62,408 bases of DNA, filler included, from Globobulimina sp. (GCA_003354225.1; 30 parts of 30 records of this genome joined end to end with filler, not necessarily neighbours in it); one strand, 5' to 3'. Positions 33,352 through 45,849 are shown, counted from the whole stretch's first letter. The notes: a model not told the origin generated them from the letters alone. Translations and numbers: made by a program.

Positions 33352-34090
33352 GCTGTTTTGGATGTTCAATATTGATTTAAAGCGAGATGTGTCTTTGTTA
33401 GCACAATTTCCATCTATCAATGATAATTATGACACACCATTTAGGATTATTGGTTTAGCTCATTTGTTATTTTGGATATTTGTGTTGGGGCTTCATCATT
33501 CATTATTTGCACGTGGATGGATTGCTGAATATGTATCGAAAGTGGTTACACCTGCTTTAGAACGCTCTTTATATGGATTCGTCAGTGCTTTGTTACTGGA
33601 CTGGATGATGTATGATAAAGAAATACTTTTTGGAGGAGGGGTTGTATGGAATATTAAAGCCTGGAATGAATGCAATGTTTTTATCCGTAACAGTGTTGCA
33701 ATTATTGGTAGCTCGTTTTTTGGCAAAGCAATCTTCCGTTTGGGTGGATTACATTTGGTTGGAATAACTCAATCATTTGGATTGGATATGAACAAAACAA
33801 CGGAATTGGTCACAACCGGCAGCTATGGATTGATCAGACATCCATTGCAAGCATCATGTATAATTTTAATATGGTGTACACCATTTATGACGTTACAAAA
33901 GTTCGTCATTTCAGTGGCATTCACGATATATATTATCATTGGAATAAATCTCGAAGAAAAGGATTGTGTGGATATGTTTGGTGATAATTATGTCGAATAT
34001 CAACGAAAAACACCGCAATTGATACCATTTCTCAATTTTTGCCCATTTGGACGCAACTCGAGAAAGTCACAGAGTCAATTTAAATCATAG
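33352..34090 (+). CDS. MddA/nurim-like membrane methyltransferase (ICMT superfamily), 5' partial
   Basis: HHSLFAR, PALERSLY, YGLIRHP, WCTPFMT, YIIIGINLEEKD, FGDNYVEYQRKTPQLIP. Confidence 0.85.
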
Positions 34091-35334
34091 TATAAAACAA
34101 CAGACAAAACAATGAAATAGAGTTATTTTTGTAAATGGTATCATAATTTTAACAGCGTTAGATACTAATATCGTCAATGCACAATCCGGTGAAGAGAATT
34201 TTCTTCCCGGTTCCTTAGGTGCTTGACAGGCACAGATACCCGTTGATTCATCACATATCCCTCTATTTGTACAATTATTGTTACATGCATGCAAACCACA
34301 ATCATCACTCTCATATCCATCATAACAAACACATTTAACATAACCTGAATATATTTCACTGCACTTACCTCGATTATTACACGCATTTAAACATTTTAAT
34401 TGGCTGCAGTCATTACCAATATATCCGTCATTGCAAATACAAGTGCCATTATCGCATATTCCATGACCATTACATAAATCACACTGTGCTAATAAGGTAT
34501 GATTATCATATAAGCATTTTGAATTCGGACACATGTTATATTCACATCCAATTCCCCAGTAATTATCATTACAAATACAAAATTGCAAGTAACAATATCC
34601 ATGATCGTTATTTTTATGACATTCATTACCTTCTAAGTATCCTTTACACCCATTCAAGTTTAATATCCATGTATCGTTATAATAATTTGTATGTAATGTA
34701 ACACCAATATCTTGATTATCATTTCCGTAGCCACCAAATAAAACAATTGAATGTGTTGATGGTAAATATGTCCATTGGTGGCCAGAACGCGACGGAATTG
34801 CAGCTTGATTGTTGCCAATGTTGTGTGTTGATGTTGTGTGATTCGACACATTCGATATATTCGAATAAAAGTGTGGTGGAATATGCTTAATCCATGTTTG
34901 TGAGTTTAAATTGAAGCGCCAAGTATCATTGTACCAAAAACCAGAGCTATAACCAGCAAATAAAAATAAATAACTTGAATTCGGAATATGCAGAATTAAA
35001 TGATCCATTCTTGGAAACGGTATTGCAAACCATCGATTCCACTCTGTTTTTAATGCATCTCTCGGATGGATATATTCATCGGTGGCTGACGATTCATTTA
35101 ATCCGTTATAGGTTATGTTATACCAAGATACCGTATCATTTGTTTCGTCGATTACAAATCTCCATAAATATCGTAATAATTGTGTGTCAACGTCATGTGC
35201 GGTGTAATTCGAATGATATCCACCATGTATATATCCCATATTATTTAGATTTGCATTTGGATAAATTATGGAACTTTCATAATGCGGACAATATCCATGT
35301 GCTAATCGTGTTGGTGGTAATATTTCATTATTTG
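34085..35334 (-). CDS. Kelch-repeat plus EGF-repeat surface protein, 5' partial
   Basis: LFAGY..NDTW and VLFGGY..NDTW kelch blades; several CxxxGxCxxxxCxCxxGYxGxDC EGF repeats; hydrophobic C-terminus. Confidence 0.88.
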
Positions 35335-35468
35335 NNNNNNNNNNNNNNNNNNNNNNNNNNNNNNNNNNNNNNNNNNNNTTAATTAATTAANNNNNNNNNN
35401 NNNNNNNNNNNNNNNNNNNNNNNNNNNNNNNNNNTATGATATTTTTTGTTTTGTTTTTATTATTAAAG

Positions 35469-36829
35469 CATATAATCCAACACGATCACCATCCAATAAA
35501 CCAACACCAGAACCAACAGATAAACCAACATCATTACCATCTGCATCTCCATCATATAATCCAACACAACCACCCTCAAATAATCCAACATCGGCCCCTA
35601 CAAATCCAACATCATTACCTACCAACAATCCATCCAATGCACCAACAATATTATCAACGACTGCAACAATGCAAACAACGGAAAGTGATGAAGGTTTGTG
35701 CAGGTTTCTCATTACAAAAACGATTCGCGCAAATTGCAATAACACTATAAACACAGATGATTTACAAGCAAACTCAAATACAAACCCCGTCAATTCAATA
35801 ACCCTCAACGTAGTAATCGTAATATTATCCCTTGGATTATGTTATGTCAGCTTGTGTTTATTGTGGTTGTTATACTTAAAAAACAAACGCAATAAACAAT
35901 TAAGAGCATTTGGCGAAATAGACATGTCATCAAAAACAAAATCCTCCAATTTATCTGGCTTGCGAGCCAAGTCCACCTCCACCACATCCATTGCCTCGAC
36001 AAACCATACCGGTACAACAGGTATATCCGCTCAGTCCGCTGCTATATCGACTATACATTTAAGCAGCGTTCACGAAGAAAAACAACCAAACTGCGGTGAA
36101 GAAAAGGATGATTTGAAAATGGAGGTTCTCGTTGAAACCTGCTCTCCGAACGAAGTTGAGATGGCAAATAATTATGTGTCGCAGTTAATGTTACAAAATA
36201 AAACAAGTGGGCATAGTGGAAATAGCGGAAATAGCGGACATAGCGGACATAATAATGCAATGCAAGCAAATAATTATGGCTATGCAGCAAATAATTATGT
36301 GCAATCTTCCCCTATGAATGGTGTACAGTATCAATTTCAATATCAATATCCAACGCAGCAGACAATGGTCACTTCACCACCGCCGCAATATGGATATCCA
36401 ATGCAGGCACAAACGCAGGTAAATGGCCATGGAAATGGAAATATATCTCCATATGCTGCATATTATATGCCTGGAATGACATTCCCAGCACAACAATCAC
36501 AACATTCGTTGCATTCACAACATTCACAACAGTCGTTACATTCACAACGGTCGTTACAGCATTCAAATGGACCGCGACAGAATAACAATTTGCAAGTTCC
36601 AGCTCAGACGGCGGTGGATAATGATGCTGTGGATGTGGCGGAGAGTGTGGCAGCCACAGAGCTATCGGAGATATCAAGCAGTGGATCCGGAGTGGAGACT
36701 GATAGTGACAGCAGCAGCCATACTACCTCTAGTTCGCCAGAAACAAATTCGAGTGAAATGACAGGGGTAACTGGCAAAAGTGTGTTGGTTCACAATGTGG
36801 TTGATTTAAATGATGTATATAGAGAATAG
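35469..36829 (+). CDS. Last exon of a type I membrane protein with Pro-Thr/Ser repeat stalk, TM and low-complexity tail
   Basis: Acceptor AG at 35467-35468; frame reads YNPTRSPSNKPTPEPTDKPT... into ORF 35669; TM VVIVILSLGLCYVSLCLLWLLYL then KNKRNK. Confidence 0.8.
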
Positions 36830-37295
36830 AGAGTAGTGTTTGTAAAAAATGTTGCATTTTCATTGTTCATTTGCTTTTGTAATTTATATATTTTTGTTTT
36901 AGTTTTTGTTTTTTGTGTGTTATATAGCTAGCGATGCATTATACGCATTGCTTAGTTTTACAATAAAACTACATATTATGTATTTATATTAATATCTTAT
37001 TATTTGAATACTTTTGTTTTGGTTTTTGCTCTCTTTTTCGTGTTAATTTTTGTATTTACGTTTTTCTTTTGGTAAACCATTTGAAAAACGTATATACGCA
37101 CTTTCTAATATTTTTTATTCTCTCTAATGAGCTTTCTTAAGATCACGATTGCAAATTAAAGGTACTTTGATTTTGTTGTACAAAGTACTTTTAATTTTTT
37201 AATTCTTTCTATATTAATAATAATTGCGATATTTTCCGATTGCCGTAAATTAGTCAGTAGTCACTTAAGTGGTTTTCATGTTAAGTGGTTTTTGG

Positions 37296-37348
37296 AATTA
37301 GGGGTTGTTCTTATATTGCGCAATATAATTTGGTCCTAGGACCTAGGT
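37296..37348 (+). repeat. Dispersed non-coding element, copy B
   Basis: AATTAGGGGTTGTTCTTATATTGCGCAATATAATTTGGTCCTAGGACCTAGGT, including the perfect 18-bp palindrome 37311-37328. Confidence 0.8.
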
Positions 37349-37517
37349 ATATGGTTCTTGCAATTTATTGCAATTTAGACATGAGTTGTGGGTTTTTAAC
37401 GCAAGCTTATTTAGCACNNNNNNNNNNNNNNNNNNNNNNNNNNNNNNNNNNNNNNNNNNNNTTAATTAATTAANNNNNNNNNNNNNNNNNNNNNNNNNNN
37501 NNNNNNNNNNNNNNNNN

Positions 37518-37891
37518 TTACAGGTATTCGGTTATGGGGTGATAATGAGTATGTGTCAGGCATTGAGTTTGAAGTAAATGGTGTTTGGATGGGAAAACAT
37601 GGTAAAAAGTCAGACTCGGAGCCAGACGCACAATTCATATTAAACACAGATGAATATATTAATTGTATTATCATCTATACGAATATATTAATTGTACTTT
37701 ACCCATCCTTTACATCGTACTATGTTGAATTTCGTACAAGTGAAGAAAGATCAATATCGGCTGGGAAAAAACCTGAAACAGAGAAAGATATTGTAACTTT
37801 GAACGGAGATTTTAAATTAGTTGACTGCAAAGGGAAAAGTAATGATAAAGGAGTGCGAAAATTGCAATTTTTATGGCATAAAATTGATTAA
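37518..37891 (+). CDS. Jacalin-like lectin domain, 5' partial
   Basis: GIRLWG..YVSGIEF...GKHG...FILNTDEYI...VEFRTS...G...VRKLQFLW beta-prism pattern. Confidence 0.7.
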
Positions 37892-38373
37892 ACCATAAAG
37901 GAGAATGTAATACAATATAAATATCTACGCTTAGTGTTAATTGTAAATAAATTTTAATAAATACTCATAAAATATATTACTTTAGACGTGAATAATTTGA
38001 ACAGGAATACGTTTGAAACTGTATATACATTATCCTCGCACACACGGAAGGTGGTGAAAATTAATTATGTTTCAAAAAAAGAATGTTTCAAAAAAAGTAA
38101 CGGATTGTTGTACCATATTGTGTTAACTGGTTTGGTGATCAAATAGTTACACAACAACATCGTGTAAAATAGGTGTGATATACCCTCATCAACACACTAC
38201 GCTTTTGTCAATATTTTTATAGAAATTACTTTCCTTTGAAATTATTCGAAAAATTGGTAAAATCGTTCAAATAAATCAAAACACGTGCACACTTTTTTTG
38301 CATTTAAAGCGGAGGAGATCGATGTGGCGCTTTTAGAGGAACGAAGATTATAAACACACAAAAAAAAAGAATT

Positions 38374-39500
38374 CTACACCAAATCAGGCGGAGAAAACTG
38401 GTCATTATTGTTAGGGTTATTTTTTTTCAAACTCACTAATTCTTTCTGATTTTTTTCATATTTTTCATTTAAATGTCCCACAAAAACTAACAACTCCTCA
38501 TGGTCATTATTCAATGCATGATAGGTTTTGCATAACTTATTATATTTATTTATACATTCTTGTTGTTTTTGTATCTGTTTCTTTTGATTAATTATAGTTT
38601 GATTCTGTTGTTCCATTTGTTTTTTTAATTCGTTTATCTCATTTAAAACATCATCATTTTTATCCAAATCACCACTAATATTTGCTGCTATGCTTTTATT
38701 TAATAAATGACCCTCTTTTTCTTCCCCATAGCTTAATATATTTTTATTATGATTATCATTATCCGTACTGTTCTGATTATTATCTTTGGTTGAAATTAAT
38801 TGAATGATTCGTTTATCGATCACAGAATATACAGATTCGAATTGAGCAATAAAATCTGCATCAAAGTAGTCAACCAAACATTGCTTATGTTTACTTTCCA
38901 AATCATTTAAAAAAATTTCTTGAATTAAGATTTTTTTTTTACTCTCAAACACATTGTTATTATTTGCTGTTATTTGCTCTTTACACTGTTGCATAACACC
39001 AATCATTTTCGTATATTCTGTGCTATTTCGTAGTGTTTCTAAATTCGATTTGAATGTATTTAAACTTATTTTATTATGAATGATATAAAATAGATTAATA
39101 TTTTCTTGTTTTTGCTGCGTAAATGTTAAATCTTTGGCAAATTCTAAACAAATTGCAATTAAATAAGTGGATAATCCGCGGTTATAATCGTTGCCATTGT
39201 TATTATTCAAAATCGTGAAAATATAATTTGTATTTGAAAATATTTTGAAAATTGCTTCTCGATAATTATTGCAAATACAACATATTAATAATAATATTCC
39301 AATCTTTGCAGTTTTCGGGGTGTTTTCATTCAATTTACGCATCAAATTATGGATAAAATTATGATTAATAAATGCTAGTTTTGTAGTGCCATTATCGTTT
39401 ATTAGATATGTCAATATTTTATAATGCGCACAGGAATCACAAGTGTGATATTCGTGTAATAATTGGCCAAAACTGCCTTTTTTAGTTATGAATGATTCCG
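38374..39500 (-). CDS. Uso1/p115 vesicle-tether-like protein, 5' partial
   Basis: GILLLIC...RGLSTYLIAIC armadillo-head motifs, short coiled coil, C-terminal DHEELLVFVGHLNEK resembling the Uso1/p115 C-terminal motif. Confidence 0.7.
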
Positions 39501-40073
39501 NNNNNNNNNNNNNNNNNNNNNNNNNNNNNNNNNNNNNNNNNNNNTTAATTAATTAANNNNNNNNNNNNNNNNNNNNNNNNNNNNNNNNNNNNNNNNNNNN
39601 TCATCGTCGTGTAGTTTGTCGCACTTTTTCCAACTGCCTGTATATTTATATTATAAAATATATTAAATGAATTATTTGTAGCTATATAGATATGTAAGAA
39701 ATACCCAATCATCAATAGTAGCAGGAAACATCATGCCAAACCGAAACATACTCATATTGCTTCAAACTAAAATAATGCTAAAGCTTTGTCGCAGGTATTG
39801 TCACTTGGGTACAGTTGTTGTAGATAAAGATTTTCACACTCCACTTTTTTTGTAGGCACTTCAAATAACGAACCACTTTTGTAGCAATAGCGGTCCATTA
39901 GCGGATCTAAATTTTCCATCTTTCCACACCCGCATATATATACCAAGCAAAAAGTAATTCAATTCAGACGTGTCCGAATCTTGCTGTTATTATAATGTAG
40001 AGTTCGGATTATGAAAATTATGGAATTATACTTTTAATTATGAAATTATGAGTAATTACACTCACAGTCAAAT

Positions 40074-41219
40074 ATGTTTATACAGAAAAGATCATACAAA
40101 AAAATAAAAAGCAAGATGTGGGATACATTATGGAGAAATTTGAATCGTCATTTTCAAACTCGCCCCACAATACAATTGTTGTGTGATCTAATACTTTTAA
40201 TAAATTTAATTGCACTCTTTGCTTTTTTTGTGTCCACTTCGCTGTTTCTGGTTAATAAAGATCGTAATGATGTTATTAAACACAATGATATCGATAATAC
40301 AACCTTAAAATTAATGTCGTTTAATCTCCGAAATAAGATATTAGACATTAATGACGAAAATACAAATAAACATTGGGATGTACGTAGAAACGTAGTGAAA
40401 GATTTATTGAATTATGAAGATTGTGATATTATTGGCACTCAGGAAGGCATTCTATCACAACTCGATGATATTTCATCCGATTTACAAGATAAATATAATG
40501 ATTATGGGATTGGCAGAAAACCAAAGAACTGGTACGGCTCTTCCATCGATCCAATGAATGAATATTGCACTATTTTTTGGAAAAGAAATAAATTAAAAAT
40601 TGTTGATTATGGCACTTTTTGGTTATCATCAAAGGCAAATCAAATGGGTTCAAAATATTTTTCTTCACCATTACCACGGATAGCTACATGGACTTTGTTT
40701 GATATTACAGATAATAATAAATATGAAATGTTATTTGTATCTACACATCTTGGCTTATCTCAATATATAAGGAATAAACAAATAAAACTAATCACTAAAT
40801 TTATAAATGAAATGGTTACCAATCGGAAAAATGATGCAAATAATTTAAAAGAATTAGTGATATTTGTGGTTGGTGATTTTAATGAAGCTATAAAAGGTTC
40901 ATTGTGGAACAAATTATTTGTAGATGAAAGTGATGGTATTTTGAGGGACTGCATAATGGAATATCAAGAGACACAAAATAAGAAGAAATTAAATGTTGAT
41001 TTTACATTTCATGATTTTAGCGGACTCGATCATATAAAAGAGGATGAGAATCATGCTCCAATTGATTGGATATTGTGTAGTAAGAATGTTGTCAGAAATG
41101 ATGACATTGAATTGCTGGATGCATATATTGTCACTCAATCAAAAGAAACAAGCAATTCGACTATATTTCCATCAGATCATTTTCCAATTGTACTGGAAGT
41201 TAAATTTACAAAACAGTAA
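40074..41219 (+). CDS. Endonuclease/exonuclease/phosphatase (EEP) family protein with N-terminal TM anchor
   Basis: MSFNLR, DIIGTQE, GTFWLS, STHL, VGDFN, IDWIL, PSDHFPI. Confidence 0.92.
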   Translation: MFIQKRSYKKIKSKMWDTLWRNLNRHFQTRPTIQLLCDLILLINLIALFAFFVSTSLFLVNKDRNDVIKHNDIDNTTLKLMSFNLRNKILDINDENTNKHWDVRRNVVKDLLNYEDCDIIGTQEGILSQLDDISSDLQDKYNDYGIGRKPKNWYGSSIDPMNEYCTIFWKRNKLKIVDYGTFWLSSKANQMGSKYFSSPLPRIATWTLFDITDNNKYEMLFVSTHLGLSQYIRNKQIKLITKFINEMVTNRKNDANNLKELVIFVVGDFNEAIKGSLWNKLFVDESDGILRDCIMEYQETQNKKKLNVDFTFHDFSGLDHIKEDENHAPIDWILCSKNVVRNDDIELLDAYIVTQSKETSNSTIFPSDHFPIVLEVKFTKQ

Positions 41220-41583
41220 ACATTTGTTTTTGTAGCAATTTAAAATATTCACCATCCTTAATTTCTTTCAGTTGTTTATGTGAACCATTTTGAACCATGT
41301 TGTTATTTTTAATAACAAATATTTTATCACAATTTTTAATTGTACTCAGTCTATGGGCAATAATTATTATTGTTTTTTTATTATTATCATTCTGGTTGTC
41401 ATTATTACACAAGAAATTTGAGTATATCACATGTTCATTTTTAGCATCCAAAGCCGACGATGCTTCATCAAAAATGAGAATATTTGGATTATTATAAATG
41501 GCTCTCGCAATGGCGATTCGTTGTTTTTGTCCGCCAGATTGCAGACTACCTCGTTCGCCGCAAATTGTATCAAATCCGTTTTT
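41206..41583 (-). CDS. ABCB-type ABC transporter, C-terminal NBD fragment
   Basis: GFDTICGERGSLQSGGQKQRIAIARA, Walker B ILIFDEASSALD, H-loop IAHRLSTI. Confidence 0.93.
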   Translation of the reverse strand, partial: KNGFDTICGERGSLQSGGQKQRIAIARAIYNNPNILIFDEASSALDAKNEHVIYSNFLCNNDNQNDNNKKTIIIIAHRLSTIKNCDKIFVIKNNNMVQNGSHKQLKEIKDGEYFKLLQKQMFTVL

Positions 41584-41683
41584 NNNNNNNNNNNNNNNNN
41601 NNNNNNNNNNNNNNNNNNNNNNNNNNNTTAATTAATTAANNNNNNNNNNNNNNNNNNNNNNNNNNNNNNNNNNNNNNNNNNNN

Positions 41684-43503
41684 GTCAATATAATAAAGCC
41701 GCAATATATTTTAATTCCCAATATTGTAAAAGTAAATTTCGACCGTTTAAAGGTGGAAAGCATATCACTATCAACCATTTATTAGCATTGACTATTTATT
41801 GTAACTGCACAGTTTTACAGTATGAATTAAGCAAAACATACAGGTTTGATAACGGGAGCAGTCATTGGAACTTTTATTTTTTAGGAAAATATCTAAAATC
41901 AGCTGTGCGGAGCTTTGGTTGCGAAATGACTAAACACGAGCAAAACATAAAAGAATTATATCATGGTCTTGGTGAAAAATTAGTATTTCCTCAATATATT
42001 GTTTCTGGATTGTATCGTCATATATGCGGCATTTCAATTAATTCTCCATTATCCACCTCATCATCGCTTGAAGTTGCTATAAATTTCACAAATCTAAATC
42101 AAGGAATGATTGTCACGTTTTGTAAAAATCAGACTGGTCTCTCCCCGAAATGCTTTTCAATGTCTTGGCTATCAGATTATGGAAACGAAAAGGAATATTT
42201 ATTTATTCAAAATCGCAATCAGGCATTGCAAATTAGCAATATTACAGATGCAAACTCAAAACGGGGCTGTGAATATAAAATTATTTTCCAGGCACTTTCA
42301 AATATCGCACGCATAATAGGCAGTTATAAAAATAAAATAAAAAAACCTATCGAAGGGGCAATGCGTGCAATAATGACTGCTATAATTACGAATCAATTAT
42401 CATATAAAAACAAAACATATAAAGAATTTCTTTCATTGAACGACTATGCCAAGAGAATGTGTGATGTATTCTTCGATAATTTTGAATTTCTCGAGATATC
42501 TTATGTTGGTAAAAACGTATATCCATTTTTGTTGAATCTTTTTCATTCAAAGTACGGTCAGATAACTCAGATTAATTTTAGTTTAGTAAATGCATTATTT
42601 CCCAACCTTAAATATATCAAATTGAGCGAAATCACTTTATGTACATCAATATTGGAGGATTTGTTAATTGTGTTGAGTGTCAATGATAACTCGCCGTCAA
42701 AAAATATGCAATTGCAAATTATCAATCAGAAAAACAGAAAAATATCAGTAACAACAGCTATCGAAGAATATTCATCCAAATTCCGAAAAAATAATATATT
42801 TATTAGTGGAAATTCATTTGGAAGGGTGACCACAACATATGGGTCTTTTCTGCCACAGCAAACATTGTATAAAATTGAATTGGTAAACATTGATGATAAA
42901 AAATCTGAATTAAACACATTATGCGTCCATATTTTGGACGAATTCCAATTTGCTTTACAATTGATTGAGGATATGGGTCGAAGCTATTTTCAGGATATAA
43001 ATGATGAGACAACAAACTTGATGAGAAAATTAATTAGAGCACAATTATCAAATTCGACTGATAATATTTGTTATGATACAAAGGAAAAACAGTTTGTTAT
43101 GTATTGTAATGCCAAAAAAGATATTTGTGTATATTGCAATTGGGGTCAAGGAATTTCACAAACACATAGGGATTCATATTTGTTTGAATTGTTTTATCAT
43201 AAAGAATATGAGTGGCTAAAATTGCAATTGATTAATGAGTTGTTTCCAAATCTGGAAACATTAACAATTCATGATATTAATTTATCTTCTTTTATATTTG
43301 ATAATATTTTGGAGCATTTAAGTGATACGAAAACAAAATTAAAACAAATTCAGATGAGTGATTTGTATGGAAACAGTAGTTTTAGAGCAGATACTGCGTC
43401 ATTTAGAACTGAATACACTCAAAAATTTAACAATATTAAATATAATATTCAGTGCGAAAATACTCGTAGTCAACAGAATAAATTGATTATTAAAAAAAGA
43501 TGA
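41684..43503 (+). CDS. ADP-ribosyltransferase-like domain protein with a duplicated C-terminal module, 5' partial
   Basis: LLALTIYCN, LYHG, SPLSTSSSLEVAINF, SWLSDYGNEKEYLF. Two similar blocks: LVNALFPNLKYIKLSEITL and LINELFPNLETLTIHDINL. Confidence 0.75.
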
Positions 43504-43766
43504 ATACGCACACACAAAAAAAAGAAACACTCAATGTAAACAAATTAAAGTTAATTAAAATTAAAGTTGCGAAATCATGATTATCTTTGTCTATTCATCG
43601 ATTGTTTCCAGTTCACCGTTTAATTTATCCGCCATTAAATTTGCACCGTGATCTCTTCCCTTTTTTNNNNNNNNNNNNNNNNNNNNNNNNNNNNNNNNNN
43701 NNNNNNNNNNTTAATTAATTAANNNNNNNNNNNNNNNNNNNNNNNNNNNNNNNNNNNNNNNNNNNN

Positions 43767-44784
43767 AAAAATACGACCCAGCATCACAAAAAAAATAAAT
43801 TTGCCACCATCACCTTTATATTTCAAAGTTATATGCATTTTAACAACTGTCTCTATAACATGTGGCTCATTATATTGTTTGAGAGAAAATCTATTGTTCG
43901 GAACATTGGCAGGAATATCGGCAAAAAGCTGCACAGCGCCCTTAGAAAGGCTAACAACGCATAGACAGGCATCCATTGACAGGAAATATTCCATTCCTTC
44001 AGTTCTTGCAGCAATATATAAAGAAGAGGGCCTATTTGGTTTCTGGAGAGGTAACGGCTTGAACTCATTTCGTGCTTCCATTCAAAAAGGATCTTTATTT
44101 GCATTGAATGATTTTTTTAAATCGCTACTAACGCAAAATATGATATATTCGAATATGGAAAGCCAAGATATAAACGAATCCGAATCCGCAATAATGTCAT
44201 TTGTTTGTGGATCGATGGCTGGACTCATAAGCACAGTAATTACTTATCCATTGGATCCAATAAAGACTGTGAACCAAGCCACCATTCATAGACAGAAATG
44301 GCCGGCAATGACCATTTGGTACTCCTTAGTGCTGACAAAAGGATATGTTTGTGGTCCTTGGATAGCTGCAGTGCCCACAATGCTTGGTACCACAGTTTAT
44401 TACGGATCTAAGTTTATGGCGTTTGATCTAATCATAAAACGGATAGATAGTATGAGTGCAAAGTATGATGTTGCAGTAGCGACAGATTTACGAAATGCGA
44501 CAGCGGGACTGCTTGCTGGTGTCATTGGGAATTCTGTAATCTATCCAAATAACTGTGTAAGGAAACGAATGCAAACAACGCATATTTGCGAAGCTATCGG
44601 AATTGATTCGGAATATATTGCGGAGAGATACGCTCAAACAGCAAAGAAGTTATTTTATGAAGGTGGAATTCCGAGATTTTATAGGGGATTTTTTATTAAT
44701 TTGTGTAGAAATGCGCCTAATACTGCTATACAATTTGTTGTGTATAAAAGATTACATAGAATGTGGAACAATGTGGAAGATTAA
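43767..44784 (+). CDS. Mitochondrial carrier (SLC25) protein, start uncertain
   Basis: Three repeats with signature-like APLERL, YPLDPIK and YPNNCVRKRMQ; EEGLFGFWRGN and EGGIPRFYRG. Confidence 0.93.
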
Positions 44785-44905
44785 ATTTTGTTCTTTTGTG
44801 TGCGATGTGTCGCAAAAATAGTAAAAAAATCACTTTATCGCAAAAATAGCAAAAAATCACAAAAATAGCAAAAAAGAAGTTACTAGTCATCATCATATTT
44901 AAAGC

Positions 44906-45484
44906 ATGCTGTTTTTTTTAAACGGTATTTTATGGTTATCATTGTATATTGTTTCTACCAGTGGGCAATGTTCAAGTTATTCAAATTGCGCAGATTGTGT
45001 AAATGATGGTAGCGCAGGGGGTTCATTTGTTAGTTGTGAATGGAATTTAGATGAAGATTATTGCTTTAATTGGTATGACGAACCAAACCAAAACAAAAAC
45101 ACTGCCATTCGGTCAAGTGATTGTGGTGTTGGTGCTTCAACAGTTACTGTAATTATTATTGTTGTTGTCAGTATAGTAATATTGATATGTTGTATTATCG
45201 TAAACGTTGTTTGTGTAATAAAGAGAAGAAATGCATTAACACATCAAACACAGCCAAGCCCAGCACAACGTAAGGGATTTAAATACGCACAACCTCCATC
45301 GGCTCCATCGGCTCCTCAGCAAGTACAAGTTGTGCAAATACCAAATCAAATAACATATGTCCAACCACAACAGCCACCATCATACGATAATGTTGCTCCA
45401 CCAGCATATGCTCCTGGCCATGCTCCTGGATACAACCCACACCCAGACGCAGTCGGAGAAGGTGGGGTAACTCAATACATGTAA
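44906..45484 (+). CDS. Type I membrane protein: PSI-like Cys domain, TM, Pro-rich tail with PPxY motifs
   Basis: Signal peptide; CSSYSNCADCV...CEW...C; long TM; PPSY and PPAY in the tail. Confidence 0.8.
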   Translation: MLFFLNGILWLSLYIVSTSGQCSSYSNCADCVNDGSAGGSFVSCEWNLDEDYCFNWYDEPNQNKNTAIRSSDCGVGASTVTVIIIVVVSIVILICCIIVNVVCVIKRRNALTHQTQPSPAQRKGFKYAQPPSAPSAPQQVQVVQIPNQITYVQPQQPPSYDNVAPPAYAPGHAPGYNPHPDAVGEGGVTQYM

Positions 45485-45619
45485 ACTGTTTGCTGTTTGT
45501 TGCTTGTTGCAATTCTTTTTTTTGCACTTTTGCACCTTTCTATTTTTCGAATTAAGAATTTTATCCACTTGAATTCTTTTAAACAGTCCTTGCACATCGC
45601 AACTACTCAAAATCCAAAT

Positions 45620-45650
45620 GGATATGTTGTTAAATTGCGTAATTAAAACT
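45620..45650 (+). repeat. Possible partial third copy of the 23305/37296 element
   Basis: GGATATGTTGTTAAATTGCGTAATTAAAACT aligns without gaps to GGGAATGTTGGTAAATTACGTAATTAAAATT of copy A; the CCTAGG pair is absent. Confidence 0.45.
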
Positions 45651-45849
45651 GAACGTTACATTTTAAAACGAGAATATTATGTATCAATGTTATTTATTGT
45701 CATTAAACCAATGTGCCATTACATGACAATCCAGAACAATCGGCAAAAGNNNNNNNNNNNNNNNNNNNNNNNNNNNNNNNNNNNNNNNNNNNNTTAATTA
45801 ATTAANNNNNNNNNNNNNNNNNNNNNNNNNNNNNNNNNNNNNNNNNNNN

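Noticed and set aside
35383..35808. Minus-strand VG-rich ORF
   Set aside because: Antisense shadow of the Pro-Thr repeat exon on the plus strand.
39601..39950. Possible minus-strand spliced gene start
   Set aside because: Short frames with stops and no recognisable motif; a GT-AG pair exists but support is too weak.
41530..41550. QSGGQ instead of LSGGQ as an inactive ABC signature
   Set aside because: SGGQ, Walker B DE and the H-loop are intact; a single change in a fragment is not enough.
44811..44876. Short CAAAAATAGYAAAAAATCAC tandem repeat
   Set aside because: Two to three A-rich copies in a small intergenic gap; ordinary slippage.
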